Below are positions 9,869 through 19,898 of a stretch of DNA of 45,691 bases, piece by piece; position 1 is the stretch's first letter; each line of letters opens with the position of its first letter. Source of the stretch: a virus (Duplodnaviria; Heunggongvirae; Uroviricota; Caudoviricetes). The translations under genes were made by a program, and so were the position numbers. Where the stretch lies: the IMG/VR virus record IMGVR_UViG_3300046474_000237, positions 71,469-117,159 of that record; one strand, 5' to 3'. The notes under the pieces are model-generated. The model searched no databases. It saw only the letters and a program-made list of their open reading frames with translations, and was not told the DNA's origin.

Positions 9869-10465
9869 TTATTCGACCGAAGCTGAGCCTGCTTGTGCTT
9901 CAATTTGTGCAAACGCGGCTTGGGCCGTGCTTACAGCTGAGTTAACAGCATCTACCGTAGTTGCTGCACTCACTGCAACCTTTGCTGTACGACGTGCGGT
10001 TTCAATTGCTGCTGCAAGATTGCACCATAGGTCATACTGGGCGAGAATGTCGTCGCATGCGTCTTTAGCAGCCTTGTCAGTAGCATCAGCTTCGGCTTGT
10101 ACCAGACCTGGAACTGTGCCAGTGTAGTTAGCTGCCTTGAAAGCAGCAGCTTGGTTTTGCTTTAGCAGATATGTAGCTACCTGACCTGAGTTAGCTGTGA
10201 TGAATTTTCCACGAAGCACTTCAGCAGCGTCATCAAGCTGTACAAGAGAAGCCGCTTGAAGATCTGCAAGTGGCATTGCAGGCGGATCAATAAGAATAGG
10301 ATGACCACTATCGTCTGCTGAGATTAATTTACCAGCTGATTGACCTGTGAGAAGAGCTTGGTGCAGTACATCTGTGATAGCTACTGCGTCTTGAGGAATT
10401 TGTGCAGCTGTGTGGATTGTGTCATCGTAGAATCCACCAGTTGATTTTGCATAAAAAAGTGCCAT
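9869..10465 (-). CDS. tail fibre assembly chaperone
   Basis: FYAKSTGGFYDDTIH...IPQDAVAIT...H.ALL.GQ..GK.I..D..G.P.L.DPP N-terminus, directly after a fibre gene. Confidence 0.8.
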   Translation of the reverse strand: MALFYAKSTGGFYDDTIHTAAQIPQDAVAITDVLHQALLTGQSAGKLISADDSGHPILIDPPAMPLADLQAASLVQLDDAAEVLRGKFITANSGQVATYLLKQNQAAAFKAANYTGTVPGLVQAEADATDKAAKDACDDILAQYDLWCNLAAAIETARRTAKVAVSAATTVDAVNSAVSTAQAAFAQIEAQAGSASVE

Positions 10466-10502
10466 TTGTTTGCCTTTGTTAATTACTATGTGATTTTAAT
10501 AC

Positions 10503-11756
10503 TTACCAACCAATTGCCATCCAGGAATATTGACCAGATAGAGTAGAGTTATTTCTTAATGTAAATGTAGCGTTATTAATTGCTTGCCAACCACCACTGA
10601 AAGGAACCGTACCATTGGCTGGAGATTGAGGAGTAATCATAACCTGAAGTAGACCGTTTGGCATAGCTACTGGTAATGTTACAGTTACGCTTGTACCTGT
10701 TGTTACAGTAGCTGTAGCACCCCACTGCATTAGAAATCCGCTTGGAAGTCTTTGAAGACCATTTGCAAGAAGGGATCCGGAAGCTCCTCCACCTACAAGA
10801 TTCCAGCTTCCGCCATCTGAAATACATTCTACTGACACTCCTGATTGAAGTACAAAAGTAGTTGAACCCCCAGCTGCCGCCCAAGGCTGAGAAAAATTTG
10901 ATGTTGAAGAAAGTGTTACCGGGAATAGCGACGGATTAGTTATCAAATATGAAACACCTGATACCGGGGCGAAAGCATTAATGTTAGGGAGCGTTAAGGT
11001 AATAGGACCTGTCGCTCCAAACGAAGAAATTAAACTACCGACTTGTGCAGTTGTCAAAGTCTGAGTTGTATTTGCGTTAACTACACCTGATCTATTCCCC
11101 AATGCTCTTTGAACGAAAAAGGCATTTACATTTTGATTATTATTTAAAAACTGGGCGGGAGCAGTGCTAGTAACAGCCCCATCGATAAGTACAAGCTTAT
11201 CTAATGTCTGGTTGTATCTAAGTGTAAGTTCCGAACCAGCTACCCAGTCGTTTCCAAACAATGCAACTGCAGCGCTATTGAAAACAATAGTCTTTGCAGG
11301 AAGGCCATTAATAGCAATAGTAGGCGTAGTAGAAGCATTGGCCGCAACTGCACGGACCTTGATATCCATACCATCTAAGAATGCTGCAAAAGTAGGAACT
11401 GTAGTTACGACTTGAGCGTTGCCAGTACCAGTAGCAACACCATAGAAGTTACTAGCAAGGTTATCTACTTGCTGTTTTGTGTAAATGTTTGATACTTGTA
11501 CTTGTGAACGTGAGATAACTTCTACAATGTCACCGTTAGCGAATGCGCCTGAAGCAAGTACAATGTTCGCACCGTCAGTGCCGGTAAACTCAGAAAAAGG
11601 GTCGAGTTTAGCCCCGTTATAAAAAACGTCAACGTTGCCCGGAGAATACGGAGCTGAAAATGTAGTTTGACCTGCAGTTGCAGTAAGCCGAGTGCGAAGC
11701 TCTTGCTCTCTGTAATCTGCTGGAGGTACGCCGTAATATTCTAAATCGACTGCCAT
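10503..11756 (-). CDS. tail fibre protein
   Basis: TATAGQTTF...YSPG.VDVFYNG attachment module, central fibre modules, and C-terminal GLQRLPSGFLMQWG. Confidence 0.82.
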   Translation of the reverse strand: MAVDLEYYGVPPADYREQELRTRLTATAGQTTFSAPYSPGNVDVFYNGAKLDPFSEFTGTDGANIVLASGAFANGDIVEVISRSQVQVSNIYTKQQVDNLASNFYGVATGTGNAQVVTTVPTFAAFLDGMDIKVRAVAANASTTPTIAINGLPAKTIVFNSAAVALFGNDWVAGSELTLRYNQTLDKLVLIDGAVTSTAPAQFLNNNQNVNAFFVQRALGNRSGVVNANTTQTLTTAQVGSLISSFGATGPITLTLPNINAFAPVSGVSYLITNPSLFPVTLSSTSNFSQPWAAAGGSTTFVLQSGVSVECISDGGSWNLVGGGASGSLLANGLQRLPSGFLMQWGATATVTTGTSVTVTLPVAMPNGLLQVMITPQSPANGTVPFSGGWQAINNATFTLRNNSTLSGQYSWMAIGW

Positions 11757-11764
11757 TATTTACC

Positions 11765-12094
11765 TTATGAAAGTTCTAGTACGCTAAGACTTACTCCGAT
11801 CATCGCCGCTGTGTCAGCAGTAGCGTATAGAGATTCGCCTGTGTTCAATACGATTTTAGGTGCCTTTGAAGCACTGCCGTAAGGAACAGGGATACTATTA
11901 AGTTCACTGTTATAAGTTGTACCATCAAACTTTTCAAGAGTTAGAAAGTGCATCAGTTTGTTAGTATTGTCTAGGTTAGGAAACGATCCACTGAAGACAA
12001 TACCAGTTGTACCAGCTGGAACTGGACCATAGATAAGAGTACGTGAAGTGCCTACCGTAAGTCCGTTTGTTGAGTGTTTAAAATTCTGTGCCAT
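11765..12094 (-). CDS. hypothetical virion protein
   Basis: 109-aa beta-rich ORF in the late operon (KIVLNTGESLYA). Confidence 0.6.
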   Translation of the reverse strand: MAQNFKHSTNGLTVGTSRTLIYGPVPAGTTGIVFSGSFPNLDNTNKLMHFLTLEKFDGTTYNSELNSIPVPYGSASKAPKIVLNTGESLYATADTAAMIGVSLSVLELS

Positions 12095-12098
12095 TTAA

Positions 12099-12875
12099 TT
12101 AAGAACCAAGAAGAATTGCGTAAATCAGACCGTTGTTTGCAGCTATGTTAAGCGCATTCAAGTTAGAAACTTCGCTTTGATAGACTTGGTAGCTATCAGA
12201 TGCAGCCGGTGCAAAAGGTAAAGCCGTGGACCAGTTAACAGTGTTGCCTGTAATCGAAGTAATCGCTCTTACTAAACCTTTGTTTTGTCCCGTCAGGAAC
12301 TGGATAATATACTTACCTGCAAATGGCAGGGGAAGAATCGTTGAAGCATTAGTAATCGAAACAGAAATCGTAGTTCCAACTCCAGCTAGCGTGCCTGAAG
12401 TAATAGAAGTAGGATAATTGGTAAAGCTCCATACACCACTTGTAACATTGGTGTATGCAAGAATAGGGTTACCACCGTCATCGGTGGTTTCTGTAACGTA
12501 GCTGTTAGCATCAGAGCCAGCAGGAGATGACAGAGCATCTAGGCTGGCGATTGGAGCTACGCGGTCTTGGAGACGGGCAAATGATTCGTAGGTTGTAGCA
12601 GTAGCACGGTTCTCAATACGAGTACCAGCTTGATACGTACCTGCAACGCCTTCGAATCCACGGATACAGTTGATAAAGCTATTACCACTAACACCGCCTA
12701 CGAAGATTACTTCTTGAGTTGAACCGGTATCAATCGTCGCTAAGAAGAATTGACCAGCAGCAGGCTGAGGAAACGTAGAAGCGTTAGCTACTTGAATTGT
12801 TGTGTCGCCAGGCTGAACCGAAGACGCAAGAGTTGTCTTCGCATTGTTGGCATATAGTCTTGTACTTTTGGTCAT
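12099..12875 (-). CDS. tail/baseplate structural protein
   Basis: YANNAKTTLAS...DTTIQV...FP...RG.EG...GT.IENR N-terminal motif common in phage tail proteins. Confidence 0.65.
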   Translation of the reverse strand: MTKSTRLYANNAKTTLASSVQPGDTTIQVANASTFPQPAAGQFFLATIDTGSTQEVIFVGGVSGNSFINCIRGFEGVAGTYQAGTRIENRATATTYESFARLQDRVAPIASLDALSSPAGSDANSYVTETTDDGGNPILAYTNVTSGVWSFTNYPTSITSGTLAGVGTTISVSITNASTILPLPFAGKYIIQFLTGQNKGLVRAITSITGNTVNWSTALPFAPAASDSYQVYQSEVSNLNALNIAANNGLIYAILLGS

Positions 12876-12877
12876 AT

Positions 12878-13249
12878 TTAAGCGATAGTAATAACTTGGG
12901 TGTTGCTAGCAGCCAGCTTTAGAGCGGCGCTTAGGTTTGTTACGCCTTGTGTAATCGCTGCGATAACAGATGCAGAATTCTCGGTGACGTCAAGTGTAAT
13001 TTTAGCCTGATTAGATCTAACGAATGCATTTCCGAATTTAGGGATAGCGGTTCCTGAGAAGATCTGAAAACGTGTCAATTCCTCTGTATTAGCTACGCCA
13101 TAGTAATCTCCTAGAGAGGTAGTACCGGTGTTTTTATAGAGGAAAATATTTTGTGGCAAAAAGCTACCATCTAGAATTAGGGCAGTGATTGTAACCTTGT
13201 CGGCTTCTAGTTGAGTAGTGATTTGCAGTTGTGATGGTTGGGCGGGCAT
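12878..13249 (-). CDS. hypothetical protein
   Basis: 123-aa ORF in line with the late operon. Confidence 0.6.
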   Translation of the reverse strand: MPAQPSQLQITTQLEADKVTITALILDGSFLPQNIFLYKNTGTTSLGDYYGVANTEELTRFQIFSGTAIPKFGNAFVRSNQAKITLDVTENSASVIAAITQGVTNLSAALKLAASNTQVITIA

Positions 13250-13266
13250 GTTAGAATGTCTTTATC

Positions 13267-13914
13267 ATGAATTATTCACGTATATACAGTAATCTTATTT
13301 TAAGAGCCCAGGTTAGAACTTTAGCCGAAGACGTCTACACAGAGAGCCATCACATTGTACCGAAATGCATTGGCGGAGATGATTCTAAGTCTAATTTAGT
13401 CGAACTTACGCCTGAAGAACACTTTTTAGCACATCAACTACTAACGAAAATACATCCAAATGAATATGGGCTAATCAAAGCAGCGAATATGATGACCGTA
13501 GTTGGTAACGGTCAAAAACGAAACACTAATAAACTGTTCGGATGGCTGAGAAGAAAACATTCAGAGGCGTGTAAAAATATGCCTCAAGAGCAGAGAGATA
13601 AAATAGCTGAATCGCTACGAGGTAGAGTACAAACAGAGGAACATGTTAAAAACATGATATCTGGCAGAGCAGGATATAGACACTCCCAAGAAACTATAGA
13701 AAAAATTAAAGCGTCTAATAAAGGACTCAAGCGATCAGAAGAAGCGAAGAAAAATATAGCAGCTTCTAAAGTCGGCAGACCTTCTCATAGAAAAGGTACT
13801 AAACATTCAGAGGAGTCTAAACTTAAAATGTCTTTAGCAAAGACTGGTAAAAAATACGGCCCCAGAGGGCCGTATAAAAAGAAAGTTACAAGCACTTCCG
13901 TTCAAGACATCTGA
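13267..13914 (+). CDS. free-standing HNH homing endonuclease with NUMOD3-like repeats
   Basis: ESHHIVPKCIGG.D...NLV.LT.EEH..AH, and C-terminal HSQETIEKI / HSEESKLKMS repeats. Antisense to its neighbours. Confidence 0.88.
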   Translation: MNYSRIYSNLILRAQVRTLAEDVYTESHHIVPKCIGGDDSKSNLVELTPEEHFLAHQLLTKIHPNEYGLIKAANMMTVVGNGQKRNTNKLFGWLRRKHSEACKNMPQEQRDKIAESLRGRVQTEEHVKNMISGRAGYRHSQETIEKIKASNKGLKRSEEAKKNIAASKVGRPSHRKGTKHSEESKLKMSLAKTGKKYGPRGPYKKKVTSTSVQDI

Positions 13915-14414
13915 ATTGTCCATTCATAGTGCACACTGAATTCTGCCGTTTTAGGAATTCCCGGAAAAACTTTAATATTGAACATCGTACCGGAGGTTTT
14001 ATATAATGCAGCCTCTGTTATAAGAGCCCCGTTTGCAGTACCTTGGTCAACGTCAGCAATAAACGTTACAGAAGGAGCTGCATTATTAATGGTAAATGAA
14101 GTCGGTACGCTAAGAAGAGGCGTAAACAAAGAAGTCATTGCCTGACTAATCGGCTTTGGAAAAAGGCCCTGAGGGTCGATACATCCACCTGTTCCAATGT
14201 GCAGACTTGTAATAGGATCTGACAGCTGATTAGCCACGTATAGGCTACTCAATAGAACTTGTTTAGCCGTTAGCACGATAAGATTTTTCTTTTCAAAGGC
14301 TAGTTCTTTACGACCGTCTGGATACCATTTCTCTACTCTGAGAACGCCCTCCAGAGGGATAAGGTTTACCATCTTAAGAAGACGTTTTGCAAATCGGTTA
14401 ATAAGATCTTTCAT
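13902..14414 (-). CDS. baseplate/tail-fibre attachment protein
   Basis: KNLIV......L.......I....IGTGG...F...NG.LITEAALY...F..I.KT..F...YEW.I pattern of baseplate proteins. Confidence 0.65.
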   Translation of the reverse strand: MKDLINRFAKRLLKMVNLIPLEGVLRVEKWYPDGRKELAFEKKNLIVLTAKQVLLSSLYVANQLSDPITSLHIGTGGCIDPQGLFPKPISQAMTSLFTPLLSVPTSFTINNAAPSVTFIADVDQGTANGALITEAALYKTSGTMFNIKVFPGIPKTAEFSVHYEWTIQMS

Positions 14415-14417
14415 GTT

Positions 14418-16622
14418 TTAGCTGAGTTCTTGTGCATGGGTGATCACTGTGCCACCCCTTGTAATCGTCACTGACGAGTTATATTTATCCGAATAAGTGT
14501 TCGGTGATACAGAGTTATTATAACCGGATTCCTCGTTAATCGCAGCTCCGTCGATTTCAGAGCCATCGTTCGGATATACTAGATCTGCTCCACGCAACGT
14601 ATATTGCGGAGTTCCAATTGCTTGGTGTCCACGAGTAAGGGGCATGTCATAAGTAATGACTGCACGGTCCATTTCGTCTACTGGAAAGTATTGAGGAGCA
14701 TCGATTGACTGGTTACCAGTAACCCAGTAAATGCCAACGGTATCTTCCAGAATACGAACACCCATCAAGTAATCGGATAGTGTGATATCAGCAGGCGTAG
14801 GTGCATACTGTGCTTGGAAACCAAGCTCGGGAATAAGTGCGCCAAGATATCCTACGTCAGTTCCACGGAAAAATAGAGTATTAAAAAACGTTACAAGCGG
14901 ATTGATAGTAAATGACGAGCCACTATCGTTAATAGCCGCAACGTTGATTGCCTGACCTGAGTTAGAAGGGTTGAAAATAGTGAAGACCCATTGTCCAGTC
15001 GGAGGTATATCAGTTCCTACAGATAAACATTTAGCAGCAATGTCATACTGCTTGGTGATGTAAATAGGAATTACACGCATACCAGCAGGAATGTCATACC
15101 ACGATACTGCCTTACCATTAGCTACGGTTAGGTCTGCACGACCGCGATTGAATGCAACCTTGTTTCTGCGGATATGTACTTGGTCATGGTCACGTTGGAA
15201 CATCGTTGTAAGCCAGCTAGTTTCCGGTGTAGTATTCTCACGGAACTGAGCTTGTGGGTTGATGAAGCCTGACAGTGAACCACCGTTTACAGTAGTCTGA
15301 GTACCGTTAATAAGCTCATTGGTGCCGAGAATCTTAGTAACCCATTGCGGGACATTGGACCTGATGAACGTAGGGCAACCACGCTTAATAGGGTCGTCAG
15401 TATTATCCCGACGCATTCTTGCAATCGGGTATTGAATTTTTTCACAGCGACTTGGATCTAGACGATATGTGCTTAGATCATCAGTAAGCGTAAGCTCTTC
15501 TGTCATCGCAGTAATAGACCAAACGTAAATCGGTTGAGTGTACGTAGGTTTTACTTTGTTGATGATGTCTGATAGTTGCTGGAACGTTTGAATATTTTTG
15601 AACGAGTCTACCTTTACGTTTACAAGGAACGTATGTTTCTTAAGGTAGGTGCGCATTAGATAATCGAAGTGACTGCCTTCCGTAGCGTATCTGTCCTTCT
15701 GGCCATCCGGTAGTTCAGGGATGATTGAAGCTGGGATCTGTAAGTTGATCCACCATTCCCCGTCACTCAGATAATCCTGAATTTCAACCCACTGTGCAAG
15801 CTCTTGGCCTGTGACGATGCTGTCACCGGGAGCAACCGTAGGCTCTACTCCGAATGGAATAACGTACTGGTTCTGGTCGGTAATAACGATGAACTGATCT
15901 GTCTCAAGATAGTTACGAACATCTAGGACGGTTTCATCAGCCCGAGCCAGTGGCATACCTAGAACTAGGTTTAGACCCTTACGGACTAAGTCTAAGGTAG
16001 GGCCATTAACGTATACGTAGTACAGGCCATAAACGAAGTTATAGAACGAGTCAGTTGAGTTTTCTGGATCAACACCAATCAAATCTCCGAACATGGTCGA
16101 GATAAGACGTTCATCGATTTCAGCATCAACGAACCACATAGCGTATTGACGTACGCCATTAACATCAGTGTTTGACGAGAAGCCTTTACCAGAAATGTCT
16201 GCGGCGAAACGAACGTTCACTGAACCATCATCAGCAAGTTCAAGACGATAGTCAACGTCTTCCTCAAGAATTACTGTAGGAAGGAACGGACGGTTAGCAA
16301 TGAAACGGCTTGACGTAATCGTCTTGTTAAGCTTGTATGTATTTACTTGACCTTGAACTGCATTTGATGCAGGAAGAATAACTAGCTCAATAGCTGAGCC
16401 AATCGTTTCCTGAATAGTCGTAAGGCTAATTGATGAGGTAAGCTGCAGGAATTGACTGTATGCTTCCGAAGCACCCTCAGTGCCAGCTTCAAGAATAAGG
16501 TTCATACGATCTGTATCCTCGAACAGAACCGTGAAGAAGTCTGATATACCGTAGAGGTACGTCATGTTCGTCAGATTCTGCCCGATATTCAGGCCGTTTT
16601 CAGTGAAGTTAGCACGAGTCAT
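14418..16622 (-). CDS. baseplate wedge protein
   Basis: 734-aa ORF directly after the J-like gene, in the late structural block. Confidence 0.6.
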   Translation of the reverse strand: MTRANFTENGLNIGQNLTNMTYLYGISDFFTVLFEDTDRMNLILEAGTEGASEAYSQFLQLTSSISLTTIQETIGSAIELVILPASNAVQGQVNTYKLNKTITSSRFIANRPFLPTVILEEDVDYRLELADDGSVNVRFAADISGKGFSSNTDVNGVRQYAMWFVDAEIDERLISTMFGDLIGVDPENSTDSFYNFVYGLYYVYVNGPTLDLVRKGLNLVLGMPLARADETVLDVRNYLETDQFIVITDQNQYVIPFGVEPTVAPGDSIVTGQELAQWVEIQDYLSDGEWWINLQIPASIIPELPDGQKDRYATEGSHFDYLMRTYLKKHTFLVNVKVDSFKNIQTFQQLSDIINKVKPTYTQPIYVWSITAMTEELTLTDDLSTYRLDPSRCEKIQYPIARMRRDNTDDPIKRGCPTFIRSNVPQWVTKILGTNELINGTQTTVNGGSLSGFINPQAQFRENTTPETSWLTTMFQRDHDQVHIRRNKVAFNRGRADLTVANGKAVSWYDIPAGMRVIPIYITKQYDIAAKCLSVGTDIPPTGQWVFTIFNPSNSGQAINVAAINDSGSSFTINPLVTFFNTLFFRGTDVGYLGALIPELGFQAQYAPTPADITLSDYLMGVRILEDTVGIYWVTGNQSIDAPQYFPVDEMDRAVITYDMPLTRGHQAIGTPQYTLRGADLVYPNDGSEIDGAAINEESGYNNSVSPNTYSDKYNSSVTITRGGTVITHAQELS

Positions 16623-16624
16623 GT

Positions 16625-19021
16625 TTAAACAGTTTGGTTATTCGTTGTTACGTTGTTCAGTATAAAGATGTTAGTTCTATCTGCTGGATCAAGGTAATCA
16701 GTAATAGATCCTGTAGTCGGTGGAATCAAGTCTCTTGTGAAATGAGTATATGTAATTCCAATCGGCGTTTTAATATTTGTAATACCTGCTACTGAGAGCT
16801 GAGCCATTAGATCTGAAACAATCAATGTACTACCTGGATCCATAGAACTTAAGAAACTCTTTGTAGTCTCAGTGATTACCGTTGCATCTGGAGCAGCGCC
16901 ATTATATCCCGTCACTGCTAAATCAAGCAAATAGAAGTTAAAGCCACGAGCAAGCAAATCACCACAAAGAACTCGGTTAGTTGAGTTCTCAAGATATGAT
17001 TGTACGCTATCAACGTTATCAAAGAAGCTAATCTGGAAGCTCGCTGTTTTATTAGCGTAGAGTGGACCGAAGCTTACGATAAGATCCTGACGTGAACTAA
17101 ATCCATAATCAAACCAAGGAATTACTGAGTCACAAACTGCATTAACGGCAGTGCCAGCAATAAAACTAGGAACTGCGAATTGGAACTGATCTTTATTCAA
17201 AGCGTTAGTAACAAGCCATGTTCCGTTAAATCCGGCAACTGAAGAGTTACGAATAGTCACGTAACGGTTTGAAGTAATGCCGTGGTTAGGAACTGTCACT
17301 GTTACAGTCGTGCCTGTGCATGACATAGTAACAATGGCCTGACTCTGAGTATTCTTGTTCTTAAATGTAAATGGAACAGCGTAGTTAATAACAATGTTAT
17401 TAGTAACCGTAGCATTGACCCAAAGACCAGGCATTACGATGTCAAACGCATTTGCGCTTAGTACGTTTACAGAGAAGCTTCCTGAGATTGAGGGGTTGGC
17501 AATAAGCATTGATGAGCCAGAGCCAGGAGCTGCAATATTAAACGCTACGATGTAGTTGAAAGTATTAGCGTCAACTACGTTAATCGGGAACGTACCATTG
17601 TACTGAGAAGGACTTACGCCTTGAATAGTTACAGACGTACCGCTGGTTAGGCCGTGGTTTGTAGCTACGACCGTCACCGTAATTGCAGAGCAAGAAATGG
17701 AGACAATGGGGATAGTCTCAACAAGTCCTGATACTGTGACCGTTTGACCAGTAGATAGGCCATGTCCAGTAGAAGCTACGTGTACAAGCCCCAGGTTAGC
17801 TGCAACGGTTGTGCTTGAAGCTGCTATTGTAGCTAAGAATGGAATTGTATCGTCTGAGCTTCCACCGCTAACTGAGCTACGTGAAAAGTCATAGATTGCG
17901 CCAGTGAGATCAGCATCACCGAAGTCATCTGTCGTAACCTGTACGATTGACGTAGCAATTGTGTTGCCACAGTATACGTCCACCATACCACCGTTATGAA
18001 TAAGCAGCGGAGCATTCACAGCTTGAACTGTAGGCAGAACAGTGCAGATCGTAGCTGCAGTTGCCATCTGGTATGTAAATGTAGATGTGTCAACAACTGT
18101 AATAGTGTAGCTGCCGTTATAGGTCGTAGGTGCAGCACCTACAATAACAACAGTTTGACCTGAGTTATAACCGTGATTAGACAATACAGCAGTAGCAGTC
18201 GTACCTGAGCTGGTAAGCTGCGTAATGAGCTGAGCTAGCTGGCCAGTAAACACTGCCTGGATTTGGTCACGGATCATTTCCGGATCACCCATACCGATTG
18301 AGGTGATTTTGTCCAAGAAGTTAAAGTTGCTCTGAAGGTTAGAACTGATCGAAGGGTCGTTAATCAGATTACGGGTAGAAATAGCATTCTTAGCCCGTGT
18401 GATAAATTCTTCATTTGTCTCTGACGATACAGAAGTATCCTTCAGGTAGTTAATTTCTGCGTGAAGGAAGTAGGGATCAAAGTTTGAAAAGTAAAGCAGC
18501 GAACCGGAGCCGATGTTGTATTGTGTACCCTCTGCTTCAGCTACAAGGTCGATATCTACGTAATATTCGTTCTGGAATGCGTCGTATGTCAGCAAGCCTG
18601 AACTGAATGTAACAGCAGCCTGCGGGAAGAACTTTGAAATGTTGTCCGTTGAGAAAAAGATATCAGTTGTCAATGATATGTTCTTCTGCTTAGCAAAGTA
18701 TAGACGTGCATTTATAACAGCACGAGTACCAAGATTACGGTCAATGAACCAGTTTGAAAGAATGTTATCAACGATACTAGTAGGAGTCGTATCGTCTACT
18801 CCAGTTATCGTATTCTGAGCGAAATACGAATCGATAGCAAGTCTAACTAGTGCAAGCAGCATAGCGGATGGGCGCAAAACTAAGTCTCTTAGGCCGGTTC
18901 CTTCGCGGGTATCTAGGTCTGGGAACTGCGCTTCAAGGATTTGTTTAGCCAATAACTCAGCCTCCAAGATGTCCTGAGCTGTTGGAGTCAATCCGGGCAA
19001 AACACTGTAAAAAGAAGCCAT
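16625..19021 (-). CDS. baseplate wedge subunit (J/gp6-like) with an inserted array of beta-barrel repeats
   Basis: AEAEGTQYNIG, ETNEEFITRA and GMGDPEM J-like motifs, plus four HG(Y/L/I)..G..V.I.G...(Y/F)NG.. repeats. Confidence 0.8.
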   Translation of the reverse strand: MASFYSVLPGLTPTAQDILEAELLAKQILEAQFPDLDTREGTGLRDLVLRPSAMLLALVRLAIDSYFAQNTITGVDDTTPTSIVDNILSNWFIDRNLGTRAVINARLYFAKQKNISLTTDIFFSTDNISKFFPQAAVTFSSGLLTYDAFQNEYYVDIDLVAEAEGTQYNIGSGSLLYFSNFDPYFLHAEINYLKDTSVSSETNEEFITRAKNAISTRNLINDPSISSNLQSNFNFLDKITSIGMGDPEMIRDQIQAVFTGQLAQLITQLTSSGTTATAVLSNHGYNSGQTVVIVGAAPTTYNGSYTITVVDTSTFTYQMATAATICTVLPTVQAVNAPLLIHNGGMVDVYCGNTIATSIVQVTTDDFGDADLTGAIYDFSRSSVSGGSSDDTIPFLATIAASSTTVAANLGLVHVASTGHGLSTGQTVTVSGLVETIPIVSISCSAITVTVVATNHGLTSGTSVTIQGVSPSQYNGTFPINVVDANTFNYIVAFNIAAPGSGSSMLIANPSISGSFSVNVLSANAFDIVMPGLWVNATVTNNIVINYAVPFTFKNKNTQSQAIVTMSCTGTTVTVTVPNHGITSNRYVTIRNSSVAGFNGTWLVTNALNKDQFQFAVPSFIAGTAVNAVCDSVIPWFDYGFSSRQDLIVSFGPLYANKTASFQISFFDNVDSVQSYLENSTNRVLCGDLLARGFNFYLLDLAVTGYNGAAPDATVITETTKSFLSSMDPGSTLIVSDLMAQLSVAGITNIKTPIGITYTHFTRDLIPPTTGSITDYLDPADRTNIFILNNVTTNNQTV

Positions 19022-19058
19022 GCTATAATTACCTATCCGTTATATTTGAGATTATAAA

Positions 19059-19898
19059 GTGTCTATTTTAAATAAACAATACATTTGCAGCTTGAACCAA
19101 ATACTCGATAACTGTGTATTTGTCTGTCAACCTACCAGAGGTATCCCTCTAGGAGATTTTAAAGTATCTGGTGTGTACGCCATATTGAATACATATAATT
19201 CAAAGATTTACGTCGGACAAGCGGTAGATCTTAGGAACAGATATGAAAACCACTTTTATAGATTGAAAGCAGGAACTAGTAAAAATAAACACCTACAATC
19301 GGCCTGGGACTTATATGGCGAAATCAATTTTAGATTTTATATTCTTGAAGTATGTGAGATTGAACATTTGAACCAAAAAGAACAAACACTACTTGACACG
19401 TTTTTTGGAGAATTTTCTTACAACATGTGTCCAATTGCTAATTCTAGTCTAGGGTTTAAACATGAGGAGTCCACTATTCAGAACTTGAGAACAATTGCTA
19501 CCTCTGAAGAATCTAGAGAACGTAAATCAAAGATAGCAACTACTATGTGGAAAAACACAGAGCATCGAAATCACATTTCTAAATTAGCGTCTTCTCAATG
19601 GGAAAATGAAGAGTATAAAAACTACATGTTTACTAAAAGAGACGAATATTTAAATTATGAGAAAGGTAAGAAAGCTCTAAGTAATAAAAGCATTTCTCAA
19701 TGGCAAAATGAGGATTACAGGGCTAAGTTTGACAAAACAATATCGGATAAGCGAGCTTCTAGATTGGCTCACCTATCGGAGAAAGAAAGAAATAAGGAAG
19801 AGACCCGATTAGCAAAAAGAAAAATAGCTAATGATAAGTACTTATCCAAGAAAAAAGCAGAGCGTGAAGCCCTGCTTTCTAATAACCCTGCTATTTAG
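19059..19898 (+). CDS. free-standing GIY-YIG homing endonuclease
   Basis: SGVYAILN...KIYVGQA.DL..R...H..L......N.HLQ.AW..YG...F.F.ILE. GTG start, antisense to its neighbours. Confidence 0.88.
   Translation: MSILNKQYICSLNQILDNCVFVCQPTRGIPLGDFKVSGVYAILNTYNSKIYVGQAVDLRNRYENHFYRLKAGTSKNKHLQSAWDLYGEINFRFYILEVCEIEHLNQKEQTLLDTFFGEFSYNMCPIANSSLGFKHEESTIQNLRTIATSEESRERKSKIATTMWKNTEHRNHISKLASSQWENEEYKNYMFTKRDEYLNYEKGKKALSNKSISQWQNEDYRAKFDKTISDKRASRLAHLSEKERNKEETRLAKRKIANDKYLSKKKAEREALLSNNPAI

Noticed and set aside
6643-11756. Diversity-generating retroelement acting on the fibre tips
   Set aside because: No reverse transcriptase in the window, and no near-identical TR/VR pair differing only at adenines was seen. 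The similarity is at protein-module level.
17150-18240. Baseplate repeats resembling the so-called E1 FCCH domain as part of the ubiquitin system
   Set aside because: This beta-barrel is common in phage tail proteins and has no catalytic E1 features. The label is a fold-level coincidence.
13267-19898. Group I introns around the HNH and GIY-YIG genes
   Set aside because: Both are antisense and sit between intact genes with almost no flanking non-coding sequence to form a ribozyme core.
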